Part shown: positions 48,367 to 63,500 of the stretch, in pieces
Layout: the number at the start of each line of letters is the position of its first letter
Numbering within the stretch: the first letter of the stretch is position 1
From: Bugula neritina
Lineage: Eukaryota; Animalia; Bryozoa
NCBI GenBank assembly: GCA_964035545.1
Contig: OZ037765.1
Location: 2,790,001-2,854,000, forward strand
Length of the DNA: 64,000 nucleotides
Direction of reading: 5' to 3'
Notes under the pieces: model-generated
The model's input: only the letters and a program-made list of their open reading frames with translations
Databases searched by the model: none
Told to the model about the DNA's origin: nothing
Position numbers and translations under genes: made by a program

Positions 48367-50797
48367 TTATGCACAAGATATAAAGTGTCCCAAATTTCAG
48401 GAACTAAACAAAATTCTAACTTTTGATTTGATTGGTGCAAAAAGAAATTTGCAATGTCCAACAAAGAAAATCCAATTTACTTACACAATATAAAAGAGCT
48501 TGCATTTCAACAGCAATTTGGAATTATCAAACTCTGACACCATAGTGATTTTAAAATGGAACATGGAGGGGAGTCATGCAGCAGTGAAATAACTTATATA
48601 GAGTTTAAAAATAGTTTGAAGATAGTGATCCTGATGAGTCTTCAATAAGTACTAAAGATCTTTATTCCAGCATTGAGTTACTGAAACTAGCAATCTATGC
48701 AAAACGAAGAAATAGACAAATGTTTTGGTGTCGATCTGAGTTGTTTGCGTGAAGAAACTGCAGATTAAAAGTTTAAAGTAGCTGCAGCAACTTGACAAAA
48801 TAAACTAAGCACACTTTTCTCTATTCAACTTGCAATACTAAATATATAATTTAAAGCTCTTTGCAATTGGCTATACAGTTAGTTTATCAGCTTTGCACAA
48901 TTAATTACAAACAACTCAATGCATACTAAACTATTTTTAGTTGAACATTGTAGTTGAATATTTAGCATTTAATAAAACATTTCCAAGTCTCCCATTTTAT
49001 CTCAAATTAAAACTTTATATCCATGCATCTGAAAAGCCATCTATGCAACATGAAGCCACCTGGAAGCTAGTTGCTAGACATAAAAACAGTTGAGCTATAC
49101 ATACTTATTGCTCAACTGTTTTGCTCAAGAAGAACAATAACAGTGTATGAATTAGTAGAAGTTGACAGCTTTCAGGATTTTCCTTTGATGTCTGTCATAC
49201 AAGAAACATTCTCTGGTAAATCTAGTGCAGAGTTATTTTCTCTTGTAGCAATCAAGGAATCTCTTGTTTCTGAGGCAACATTCAAAAGTCTTTAACTAAT
49301 ATATATAGGCAAGTGATTATTCTGTCACTAAGCAAACATTCTTACATTGAAAATCTCAGAAGATTCTAGAGCTAGGCCAATTTCCTCCATTGTACTTGGT
49401 GATTGACTATCTAAAAGTATTCAGAATAAATATTAGCGGCCCTTCTGCGGTTTGAATTGTTCACCAGTTTATAGCAGTATTTTATTGATTAGTTGAACAT
49501 ACTGCTGTTCCAATTTCAATTTTTTGAAGTTGTCTCCTTAACCTACAGTGCGATATCTTAGCATGATGAGATGCAAATCTTTATTATAGAAAAGCTGTTA
49601 ATATTTGTATTTTATGAGTGTATAGATTTTATGTAGATCTGTAATTACACAATAAAAATAATATTAAGAGAATTGATGTATGAAACAGCCTTATATGAGT
49701 TATCATACATTATAGTGTATTTATTTGGGCACTGTCATAGACTCACAAGTTGCTCTAAATAAGTTGTTCTAGCTACATTCATTCATAATTACATTTCAAC
49801 ACAATGAATCAGTTTGTGTATAATTTATATAGAAGCACATTAGGGGCATATACAAGCTTTTTTTCTATTGTTAGCTATAGCAACCTTAATTGAAGAAAAA
49901 AAATATTTCAGATATGTAAACTTACCTAATAGCAGTAAAACGAGATTTCTTAGTTACACTTTATATAGCAATCAAGTGACAGCTATTCTCACTCTGTTGA
50001 TATTTAGACTTTTATTTTGTTAAGTCAAGCATAACTGCTATTTTTAAATATATTTGCTAAAACACCGAGAAGCAATAATTAGTATATCCACTTATAAAAG
50101 TTAAAAATTATATTAGTTGAAACTGATGTTTTTCAGTCATTTATTATAATACTATATATTTTAGTTTTTATCCCTGCATACAGTTGTTCTTTAAAAGTGC
50201 GCTGTATAATATGCGTAATAATTTTTCGCAAACAATATCTTATAAATTTCAATGATAGCAAACTATAAAAAGGTGTACATAGCTAAACTCCTGTTATATG
50301 GAGGTTTTTCAAAGGCCGTTAATTAATAATTCCATATAATGTAAAATAGTTTTTTCTTATTGAAAAAATTAGAACATAAAATTTCAGTTTGAATTCTTAT
50401 ATGCACTGTTTGAAAAGGAGTTTTATTTAAAAAACAATGTTGGTAATTTTGAATTTGTTTGAAACTCTCCAGTACTACAAAATGACAATTTTCAAAATCG
50501 TGTTTACACATATACTCACATCTCACAAATTTTCTCCTTAGAAGACTATCAACAAGCAGAGATTGGATGTTTCCTTTTTGAGTCATGAGCCAATTAGAGA
50601 TATGACCTTACAAGAAATTCTGAGATAGTTCTTTGTTTATCCTTTGAGCTACAAGTTTTATGAACTAGTGAACTTCCTCATTATAGTGTCATATGATGGA
50701 TATTTTTAAATTATCTTTGTAATATAGCTATATTTACATAGTATCATTGTACTAAATGCCATCTCAGTGTAAAGTCATTGTCAAGTAGTACGTTAGC

Positions 50798-53700
50798 ATG
50801 GATAGATTATATTTGTGCTTTCAATTGTGGATCTTTCTAGTTTCTGCGTCTATCACTTCACCAGTACAAGGTATGTTAGAAAAACATATTTAATGCTTTT
50901 GTATTGATGGATTCAAACACTTCTATAAAAGAATATTTGTGAATTTGTATTGTCTTGATTAGCTTCTTAGTCTTCAATATGTTGCATTATATTAAAATAT
51001 AGAAGCAACAGCGTATAGTTGGTATATGTACTTGTACTTTGTTGCCATATGTTATATAAACTGTTGGTCTTTAAAAGTTACAAACAGTCCTGTAAACCAG
51101 TCAACCTGTTAAACTCTTGCCTCATCAGTAAATTGAACAGAAATAATTTATCAAGTGATAGAAGCTAGTAATTTTTTGGGTTTGGGGCTTAAAACAAAAA
51201 CATTCAAATTGCTTTTATTGCAGAAACTATGTCATTACCCCAAAGTAAATTATGGATTTTTATATTCTATTAACGTTTCAGCTCTATATTCTAACAATTT
51301 CATAACCAATATAAACAGCTTACTAGTTCTGGCTTGGATTACGGCTAGGAAATAAAATAATAAAATTATTGAACAATATATACAGACAAATATTGATAGT
51401 TCATTATTTTGTGTACTTCAGTTTATAATGCGGTATTTTGCTCTCACTTCTAATACAAGAAACCACTTGCTGGATATGTCAATGTCATTAACATAATGGG
51501 CATTGTATATCAGAAACGTATACCTATTTAAAGGACTGAAAACTCAAGCAAATTATAAAACAACTTTTTTTAGAACTTATTTTCCATGTTTATTCAATAA
51601 GCAGTAACTGTAAGTGAAGCATACAAAATATCTAAGCCTGTGTACAAAAACAAGAGTTTACTATAAAAATTATAAGATAGGTATATATAATCACTAAAGT
51701 TTTATCTTGTAAAACTTTAAACATTAATCTATTTTAATAATATAAACATTTGTCTAACTGCCTAAAGACTTTGTGAAAGGCTTTAAAAAAGCTTTGGATT
51801 GCATAGACAAACTGAAAAATCAGCCTTTTTTTAGGGATTTTGTAGATAACTACAGTTTTAATTAAAGTTCTATTAAGCATTCCTATATGTAGCTGAAATT
51901 TAAGTTTAGGCAATTCATTCAACAATTGTTTTAAAGCTATTGCATGGAAAGATCTACAATAGGGCAATTATCATATACGCTAGCAACCCTGAGGCTATAT
52001 GCATCACTACGCTAGCATAGCTACATTGACACTCACAGTGATGCACTTTGCTATTCCTTTATTGGATTAGCTACTGATTACCTGATCAAGCTTTATACTG
52101 CGTCAGCTGCGTAGATATGAAAAGACAATCTTGTACCAGCTCCGGGTAGTCTAGCAGTGAAGCTGGCTTAGTGTAGTAGTTTATGTTCTATTACTCTAGC
52201 TTTTATCTCGTATAGTTTTCTTACTATTTCGCATGCAATAAATATTAGATAATCCTTACACACCGACTGTTGCTCTGGAAGTAAAAACTGGCATTATAAA
52301 TACACGCAATAGTCTTAATTACCTGAACATTGTGAACTCTATAAATTCACAACTTATTATACAGTTGATGTAAAAAATTTATTTATTTTTGAGTTATTAG
52401 AATATTATAATGACTCTATACCTGTTTTATATGTATTAATAAGCAGATAAAACAAATAAAAAGAACTTTTTCTGAAATTTTCTGTTATATTGGAGAAGTG
52501 CACTAGCATATATAGCAAAAGCTGGCAGCTTGTATACCTATAGCTGGGTCATTCTTTTTAAAAATGTAATTGTTTATCATATATATAATATTCAACAAAC
52601 AGAAATACACTTTGCTAATTTTAGTCCATATAGTGCTTAAAATAATTTTGTAAAAAGATAATCTAGATTTGTATAAATACATTATATAATATTATAGTTA
52701 GATTCCTTTTCAATCTTTTTTATTACACATTGGTATCTTAAAACATAATGCAGCTGCTTAATTTACAGCAAATTTTAATAAAATCGCAAAGCAATTTATG
52801 ATATTGTAAGTTGCAAACAAAGATGTAGTTATCGCGTGCTCTGTTATAACATCTTTTCAGGATTAACCTGTGACTGGACATCAGGTGCAGGTAAACTAGA
52901 TCCTTACATAACATCTGGTAGCATAAAGACTCTCTCTGTAACCAGTGAAGATGAGTGTAGAGCTCAGTGTATGCAGCAGACATCATTTATATGTGCCTCA
53001 ATAAACTACAGAACTGATGATGGAAACTGTCAACTGTTAGCAGAAAATACTCAGACTGCTTATACTATTAGTAGTTCTGATAGTCAGTGGAGATACTCTG
53101 TTAGGCCAGATTGCGCTGGTAAGTATTTATATTTTATGACTTAAAAATCTATAAAACAACCACTCAACTATAATTGTGTCATTTTTATTGTTGTTTTTGA
53201 TGTCATCAACTCAAAGCAATGAGTGAATGTTGGTTTCACTTCAAATCAATGCAGTTTTTAGTTATAATTCATACTATAATATTATATGATTGTTTTACCC
53301 TGATTAATTGTTGCAAAATGTATATAAAAAAGCCAAGATCAGATCCATCTAGTATGTATGTATAAAAGAACAATTATTGCAACTGCATAACTTAATGCTC
53401 ATTATATGTATTCATCTAAATATAGTTTAGAACATCTATATATAGTATGATTATTAAAGTTCCTAATAATGCATGTTTAGTAACTACACTGACGTATATT
53501 TTATTACTATATTACTTATGGGCTAAAGAACGCTTAGAAAATGCAAACTAATTGTCATTAGGGCACATGCAGTAGAACACAGTTAGGACAATTACGTGTG
53601 AACCTTTACGTTACGGAACATTCATAAATGTTTATTCTTGGTAATTTAGCTTTATTTGTATAGCTATTAAATTCCTGAAACTGACTTTGATTATAGCTTT

Positions 53701-56700
53701 CCAGAACCACATTATACTTTATATTATTGTTTAGAAATGTTTTAAATTTTGGTTTTCTGAGAGTTGTAATCTTGAAAATAATTAAAGTTACTTTGGTTTT
53801 CAACTGTAAGTAATAGAAATCTAGCAATTAAACCTATATTTTGAATATTAAGTACATTACCATGCATACAGTATATTGTGCTTTACAGGAATATGGCAGC
53901 CATGGACAGCTACTAGAGGTTACTATCTAAACAGTGGAGTACAGAAGTACAACCGGATAAGTACATCAGACCTCAGAGACTGTATGAGTTTTTGTTTACA
54001 AGATGAAGACATCAGTTATAACTGTAGTTCTATAGTGAAGGCAGTGAGTGGAGATCAATGTGAGATTGTCAACAAGAGATCAGATGATACCGGAGTGACA
54101 CCAGAAGTAAATACAGACTATCAGTACTTTAACCTCCCTCTCTGGTATTCAGGTATGAGTGACTTGAAAACAGTCATATATTTGTACATATAATCTATGT
54201 TTATACAAGATATGCAATTATGATTTTCAATTTTACAAATTATATTTATTTTAATATCATTTATGGAAAATCTTTAATCACCTAAAATCTATAGGCCAAA
54301 CTATATTAATTTGGTGTTTATTTTATAATCAAAATATAAGAATGATTTATAAAAGCTATAATCAATTTCTTGTAGATTGCATAATTTTTTAATATTGTGG
54401 GCTTTTTAGAACTTTTAAGTTAATAAAATTAGCAATGAAAAATATGGATGGCAAATCACAATAAATTGCTTTATATATAGATTTAAAATAGGATAACTTA
54501 GAATATAAATTATGTAAAACATAAACAAGTTGATATTGTTAGTTGTTGAAAAACTGACATCAACAGAACTGAACATTGAAAATATCTGTCATAATATAAA
54601 ACATTATATATAGGGAAATTTCGGGTCGATATGTTGGGATAAATAAAATATGGTTTGATAATTTAATATGCATTTTACATAATATGCTGCATGTAACTAA
54701 TGCCGTTAATTAATTTTGCCCTGCTATGCATGAATGAGATCTTTTGATTTTAGGAATATATAGCATTATTTTTCAGATAACTCTGACAGTACAACCAACA
54801 CAAAGATAATAAATTATGGTTCAGCTGGAATAGCTTTCGTGTTACTCTTCAATTACAAGATAGAAGCAGGCGGATATTTAGTTGGCTGGAAGTATATGAT
54901 TGGTCATTCTACTGACTACTGTGACTCATATGCTGCTATCTGGAGACAGACAGGAGAAGGTAACTCTGCTGTATTCAATCTGATAACAGAAACTCTACTC
55001 ACACCTGAAGATGCATCTACAGGAGGAATCAGATTCCAGTTTGTACAGAACTCTACAGAAGTAGTTAGAAAAGGAGACTTTCTTGCTCTGTATGTAGAGG
55101 ACTTGAGTAACTCTGGTTGTAGAGGTAACCTCGTCTCGTTTAGACCAGCCGTGTCAGGAGATCCTCCAGCTTATATACGTAGTAGTAATTATAACAGAAA
55201 CAGAGTAGACAGACTCACAGCTTCAGATGTTAGACAAGAACCTAGAGGAGTTGCACTGAGAGCCTACATAGCAGGTGATTCTATTATGTTGGTAAAATGA
55301 GCTAGCTAACTGTAGCTTGTTGACCAATTGTATAATACACAGTGCATTCTGTAGCTATATTTTAGGTTTATTTTACATAAAATTTACTCATTATTCAGCA
55401 TGATAAACCTAGCAGCTACTTGTGCTTCTTGGCTGTTCATAGAGATGTGTCACAATTGCCAATAAAATCAGCATTAATTTAGTGCTGTCATTTGGGAAAG
55501 TGTAACTCAAATCTAAAAATCTAATTGGTACTGGGTTTCAAGTTTTCAACTTATACTGAAGGTTGAACTGCATGGCTTAAAAACTTTCTTTGTTCTGTCG
55601 CATGTGCAAGCTACATCTATTCTAAAAAAAGCAATCAAAATCATATAAACATTTAAAGAGCAAAATAACCGTGGGTGTGTTTAGTCAGGTTTTAATTAGC
55701 TAAGCATTCGTACACAGCATACTTTTGAGGAAATTACAATTTTATATTAAGCCATTGAAGACTATACAATATTGTAATAGATTGTCCTCCCCTATTCAGT
55801 ATTGTAATTACTTGTTGCGTATTGTTTTGAATGCTGTAATTGTAGCTAAGTTGAGGTAGCTTTCTAATGCCTAAGTAATGTAATTGCACTGAAATACGCG
55901 TTCTGAAGTTATCTTCTTTCTGCTATTTTTATTGTTGTGTAACAATACTGATCTGGAATTTTGTTGTCTGAAATTTGGAACTCCAAATTTCGGACAACAA
56001 AAGATCTCTTTGTGTGGGTGCTCTTTGTTCTGTTAGTATAACAGCAGGCAAGTTTCCAGTGTAAATTCAGTCTACCACTGGAGCTCGCCTGATAAAGACT
56101 ACATTTATATTCTACAATAAAGATTGATTCTGCCTAAGACTACCCTACATCTTATTCTCTTTTACAAAGAGTTATGTTCAGCACTTAGTTACATTCAACC
56201 CACAAAGTTACTACAATATGTCAGCTTATTTAACTCTTTATCCAGTTTTGTTTTCAGTTTAGCCATATAGTTAAATAATGGTTAAATAGTTAAATAATGT
56301 CTTCATATGCAAACTAGTTATGGGTCATTCCACGCCAACTCAACAAGGCCAAAACCGGCCCATCTCAGATTTTTTTGAAATTTTAGTATGGTATTCCAGA
56401 ACATGTCAAATAAAAAAATATTAAATATTAGCCCTTAATTCCTAATAGTTTTGTAGTTATGGCACTTTATGTGAGCAAAGGTTGGTAAAAAATCGGTACT
56501 TTTTTCATGGGTTTCGGTACCGAAGGTCAACTTCATGGGTTTATATCTCGGAGACGATTCAAGACAAACCTTTCATACTTTTATGGATGATAGTTCTACA
56601 TGATTTTATTTAAATTAAAGCATCAAATCTGCCATAAATGTTAGGAAAAATTTTCTGTTGCATTACGTTTTTAGGCCAAAAATTTGGCAATTTTTCAAAA

Positions 56701-57511
56701 TTTTCAATTTTCAGGCACTTAAAACTCACCTTTTACAAATAGCTATGATCTTGATATTTTCAGCACTTAATAACTATATTATATATATCACATTAAAAAA
56801 GTTTCAGCTTTTTACTGGGATAAGTTTCATCACAATTTCGTGTTGAAATCCTAAAATTTTGAAATTATGCACTATTTCATGAGGAGAAAACTCAATGTGG
56901 GTATAAATGATTTTTTTTAAAAATGGTTTCACTTTAAAGACGGTGGTATATATTATGCTCTATTAAAAACTGAACGTTTGTATATTGTTCCTTCATGGAA
57001 AAATTTTGGATTAAATTGACACATTTTTTTCGATTTTCGCCTATATTCAAACTACAATTTATACAGTTACTAAACATGCAAAAAGTCATAAAAAATACCA
57101 AAATTGTTTACATATTATTATCTGCAATCATTTTCATAACATTTAAATTTAATTTGGGTATCATCAATCGTTATACTTCATAAGATTGATTGAACTGGGT
57201 TCATTTTAAAAAAAAACCGATAAACTGTTAGAATTTAAAAGCACAATAGATTTCAATCTAGTAAATAGAAAAAGAACATTATTACAATTGTCACTTGTGG
57301 GTTTATATGTATAAAAAAAATTTATTTCTCAAAGAATCAATAAATGCATATTGCTTTCTCATGAGTAAATATTTGACTAAATTAATGTATTTTATGATAG
57401 GTTCCATGCTTTCAGTATAATTCTCATTATTCTCTGCCCTTCCATTTGCACCCCCCTCACTTGCTCCCCATGCACCACTCCTCATGCATGTATATACATA
57501 CATATACACAC

Positions 57512-57580
<69 letters not shown>

Positions 57581-60500
57581 CCTATTCTTTTACCAAACAA
57601 TCACCACCCCGCTCCAACCTGTAAATTTATCAAGTAGAGATACCTTCACGAAGCATACTGACAAAATGTATTTTATTATTAGCAAGCCAGCTAAACTGAG
57701 AGAGCAGGTTTCTTGCAGTGTGCGTGCATGCCTGCGTGCGTGCGTGTGGCTTTTTACAGGAAGAAGGTAAGAGATGATGGGTGGCTGAGCTAGGGTGTAG
57801 GTGAGTGAGTGAAGGGTAGAGTGAAAGAGAGATGCGGGTTTTAGCAATTGTTTCTTCAACTATGTATAAAGTAAATTAGACAAAAAATCCTCAATTACCT
57901 GATAAACCAGAAAATCTTGCATAAATATTGCTATTTACATATTTAGGTCTATAGACATAGAATGCTATAGCCTGAAAATTCTTGGTTTCGAAGGACTAAT
58001 TGTTACAATGCGGTGCAGTGGTTTCTCTGGTAAAATTCCTAACCTGCCATAAATCCCTTTGTGGCATATCCTGTCGAAGATTGGGAGATTAAACCTAATT
58101 ACTGCATTTGTATAATAAGTGACTGCAACATGACACATGTTCCTATCAGCATGTTTTAGAAAACAGTCGTGAATCTTGTGAAGAAAATGTCTCCCACTTG
58201 AAGAAAATTTATTATTTCTCTGACGCGGAGCAGCTAGCTGCCCAATATAAGAATTTTAAAAAAATTGCAAATTTCGTGTCTCGTGAAGATGATTTTAGAT
58301 TTCATGCTTAGTGGAACTCTTTTTCAACCAGTCATGACATAAATGCCTGTGATGGTGTAGGTGGACCGATTGAAAGAAAAGCTGCTAAAGCAGATTTGCA
58401 AGCAGTAACTCCCAGACATTTGTTAAATCCCCAAGACTTGTTTTAGTGGGACTCATCCCACATATAGAAAATGTGACTTTTTTTCTCTATCACTAATCAT
58501 TCCCGTCTCAAAATATGCTCGCTTCTCACTTGCAAAGACCGTGCCTGGTACCTGTGAATATCATTGTTTTACCCTTACAGTTAGCGAAGAACTGAATGCC
58601 AAGAACATGTCAGCAAATGATACAATACAAACTGCTGTTTTCATCTAAGGTAAACTTTATGTAAACATGGTAAAATTTGTTGCCCAAGAGTAGAACATTT
58701 TAACAGATGCGCATATGATGAGAACTGGTGAGTAGGTTGTGTCCTAACCAAATTTTGGGAAGAAAATGATCTACTCATTAAAATTATGCACTTCTATGGA
58801 CATACCCACTCATTTCACTGGCCTTCCCTGGAGGATAAAGGCTGGGCACCAAAACAATGTGTAATCTGTTATGTTAAGACGCTGATTACATTCAATGGAA
58901 AGAAGCACTACCTACAGGCATATGATGCAACTGATGCAACCTTCCTCTCATGGATATTATTCAGGCTTTATGTAAAAATTTTGTGCAAACTTTCATAAAT
59001 ATGCCATTCAATTATAAATGATAATTATACAATTTTTCTTTTCTCATTTATTAGATTTAAATCCATGGTGCTTTTAAATTCTAGCAGTTTATCGGTTTTA
59101 ACTAAAATGAACCCAGTTTAATCAATTTTATGAAGCATAAAGATTACTGATATCCAAATTAAATTTAAATGTTATGAAAATGATTGCAGATAATATGTAA
59201 ACAATTTTGGTATTTTTTATGACTTTTTGCATGTTTAGTAACTGTAGAGAGTGTAGTTTTAAATATAGGCGAAAATCGAAAAAAATGCGTCAATTTAATC
59301 CAAAATTTTTCCATGAAGGAACAATATACAAACGTTCAGTTTTTAATATAACATAATATATACCAACATCTTTAAAATGAAACCATTTTTTTAAAAATTC
59401 ATTTATACCCACATTGAGTTTTCTCCTCATGAAATAGCGCATAATTTCCAAATCTTTAGATTTCAACACGAAATTGCGATGAAACTTATGCCAGTAAAAA
59501 GCTGAAACTTTTTTAATGTGATATATATAATATAGTTGTTAGGTGCTGAAAATATCAAGATCATAGCTATTTGTAAAAAGTGAGTTTTAAGTGCCTGAAA
59601 ATTGAAAATTTTGAAAAATTGCCAAATTTTTGGCCTAAAAACGTAATGCAACAGAAAATTTTTCCTAACATTTATGGCAGATTTGATGCTTTAATTCAAA
59701 TAAAATCATGTACAACTATCATCCATAAAAGTATGAAAGGTTTGTCTTGAATTGTCTCCGAGATATAAACCCATGAAGTTGACCTTCGGTACCGAAACCC
59801 ATAAAAAAAGTACCGATTTTTTACCAACCTTTGCTCACAAAAAGTGCCATAACTACAAAACTATTAGGAATTAAGGGCTAATATTTGATATTTTTCTCAA
59901 TTGACATATTTTGAAATACCATACTAAAGTTTCGAAAAAATCTGAGACGGGTCAGTGAAAATCCTCAAAAACCTTGTTGAGTTGGCGTGGAATGACCCTT
60001 ATATAGTTCTTTTACTTCGGTAATTTTGTCTCTTGTAGAACAACTGCAAACAATTAGACTGTCTTGTTAATTTTTTATACTGAGACTTCTTTGGTTATAA
60101 CATAAAACTGGTGGTGTTAGTTTTGAGCTCTGATAGACTATTTTGGCTTAATTTTGTTAGAAAGGACAAAAGGAAAACATCTACTTTAGCTAAATCTTCT
60201 AACTTTATAAATTCACTTTTCTTCAAATTTGAAATTTCACTGTTTGCTTAAAGAAAGGAGATGTGGCATATAAATTCTGGGTTCTCAGCAGTACCAAAGT
60301 ATTATAGTGTAGTTACATGTGGGTTATTGAACGTAATGAGACAAAGAACATAACTCCTTGCAAGTGATAAGAGATAAGAGAGTCTTGTATAGTGTAAGCT
60401 TTATTGGTAAGAGTAGTTCCTTCCAGTGTGAGCTCCTGTCTTCAACTGACTAGGAGCTTAAAATAGGTCTTCTTTTATACTGGTCAAACAAAGGGGGTCT

Positions 60501-63500
60501 AGAACCTTGACAGACAATCAGCCAAAGTTCGGGATATTGAGTTTTGGTGTGACCGACATTCGGAATGTCGGTTAGCTGAAAAGCTGGTGGAGATCAAATT
60601 ACAATGAGTAAGCAAAAATGAAACAAAATTAAAGCGGCTAGGGATCGCTATTTAACGTGGATAATTATAAGAATGTGCAGTATGAAAGGGGATAGCCATC
60701 TATAGAATACTACAATAGCAGAGAATGACGTGTTGCATGCTATTCGTCACTGCGTGCTGCTTCTAGTATACCTATAATGCTCAGTGACTAAAATTTAGGA
60801 AGAGCAATAATATTGGCATGGATTTATATTATATTGAATGTTATTTAGTATATTTAAAAAACTAACTGACTGCTTATTAAATTAAGCAATATTGTTTCAT
60901 GTCTGAAACCTTATTTTAAACTGGAATTTGTTTGTTTTTGTATAAGGTAATGTCATATTGTCTTAACTTACACCACAAACAAAATTTATACAATATGGAA
61001 CTATATTTATCTGCTGGCTATGTAGATTTACAGAATTCCGGTGGCACGTGTTGAGTTAGAGACTGATGCCATCTTGTTTATGTTGAATATTGGGATAAAA
61101 TTGGTAGAGTTGTAGGTGACAAGACTGTTATATTTTACATATGTAGAAGAAGAGAAAAAACGAAATGAGTTATTGCATGTGGGTAATATAATAAAGTATT
61201 CGTACAGAGAGAAGACAATTAATAATATGGTTATTTACTAGTTCTAAATGTTCATTGTCACAACAGCGGAAGAATATATCCTATGAACAGCACGTACCAA
61301 ATTATTTTTCAAGATTCAGATCTGACATCAGGCTAAATTAAATTTGAGTATTAAATTTGATGAAATTATTTTTTTATAGGTGAAAATTTAGTATATTACA
61401 AAAATTAATTAAGTAGTGTTTTTCTATAAATGTAAAAAAATAAGAATTATATTTTTATGTGGATTAGTTAACAGCATTTTGGGTGTAAACAATTTAGGTT
61501 AATTGTTTGATGTTTTAGAAATCCTAAAGCTGTCTGGAGACCCAGTATCTTCTCACACAGATGTGTCACCAGGAGAAATCAGAATTACATGGGAATTTCC
61601 AGCTACTGCACCCAATCAGGAGCTCACAACTACTCATTTTAAAATAGAATGTTCAGACAACTCCAACTTCAACACAATAATAAGCTCTAAATTAGTTTCT
61701 ATAGACTACAGAGAGACTGTGATTAGTTATAATCTGAATATACAACAACCTCACTATGCTAGAGTATCTACTGTGAGGAATTATAATGGTGAAGAGTTAA
61801 TACAAGATGTCTATACAGTCAGCTCTCTATTCTGTGCAGGTAAATAAATTATGTTATGGTTGTAATATTATGTTTAAACATGTCTTGCTCATCCAACTAT
61901 AATAAGTAATTAAAGCTTCTTTGTGTAAATGAATGCTTATGAACCTGTAAAGTTATTTCTTTCGCTTTTGAAATATTCTTCTGGCATATACTATTTTACA
62001 TATATAAGGAAACAAAAAAATATAACTTTTAATATTGCGATCAGTTACTTTTTGCTCATCAATTTATTTACTGAATAGTTTATTTAATTCCTATTTATAT
62101 ACTGTAGAAAGAGGTAAATTAACACCTGGAGATGCTATCATAGTAGAAAGTGGTATTCTGAAACCAGCAAAAGAGAGAATAGTTACTGTGTCTGTACCTT
62201 CACTAGTAAGTCAATATTTTTAGATCCCATTGATTTTGTACTATATTATTATATGATATATCTTATTTTGTACATAATATTTTTATATCAACTGATTTTA
62301 GACTATAATATGATCTAGGGCTAATATACTGATCTTAGATAATTGTTGAGACTGTGTCAATACTTTTTGGTAAATTTTCTCAAACTTTAAATATCCTTCT
62401 TTTTTAAAATTCTATTTGCATTGTCTTCGAACTTTTTTTCAAAGTGGTGCCTACATGCATGCATAAGTTTTGTTTCTGGTTTAAATAGAGCAATGAATTT
62501 ATACTGATTGATTCTTGTGCTTTTTGACAATGTATATAAGTTTATTATAACTTTATGGAAAACTATCATCTTTAACATGTTCTCTGTAACAGGAAGCTGA
62601 TGACTGTGTATCCAGTGTTACATTAGGTTATGAAAGTGGACAATTATCCAATCAGATGAAGACAGGACCATGGATTTTCACTAAACAGCAAGGTGTGACC
62701 TTTGAACTGACTATTAAAGTAAAACTACAAGATGGACATGAGAATATAATATGGCAGGAAATATACACAACTAGTAAAAGTGAGGAGAATTTATCTCATG
62801 TAATATTATATTAAATGCCATGAGGAGATAACTTAGCAGATTTTGTTATGTAGATTTTCATGGGAATTAAGGTAGCTTCACTATCTCTTGTATGAGTCGA
62901 TGTGTTCATTATATCTAATCACGTATATGTGTATATGTATGTGTATATGTATGTGTATGTATGTGTGTATGTATGTGTGTATGTATGTGTGCATGTATGT
63001 ATGTGTATATATAATATATGTGTATGTATGTAGTTTATGTAATATGTGCATGCATGTGTTGTGCCAGGAATAACTTATTGAGTTGGATAGAAACAGGCAT
63101 GGAGCAACAATCTTAATCATTGATATTATTGTTCACTCTTTGTCTTGTATACTTTATCAAAATATCAAAATGGTTACATCCTGTAATAAAATATATTATA
63201 CATAAGTAACCTTCAAATAATATCAACAAAAACAAAAACTTCAAAATTATAATGACACTTGCAAACATCAGCTCCTTAGAACGTCTTCCTGGCAAGTGAA
63301 ACTACTAACGATTATAATACAAACAAATATAACTTAACAAAAAGCTAAAAAATGGCTGAATAAACTGCAAAAATCAAATTTCTATATACTTTTATTCAAA
63401 TACTGGGCAAACAGCCAGGCTTATCTCCCTAGAAAATTTGTATGTATGTATATGTGTGTATGTATGTATATGTGTGTATGTGTGTGTTTGTGTGTGTTTG

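Noticed and set aside
51941-52308. Possible solo LTR in copy 4 intron 1 (TG...CA, AATAAA)
   Set aside because: Flanks (ctat/atag) are not a direct duplication and the boundaries are uncertain.
56658-59651. Pair of near-identical 62-aa ORFs on opposite strands
   Set aside because: By-product of the long TIRs of the Sola2-like element.
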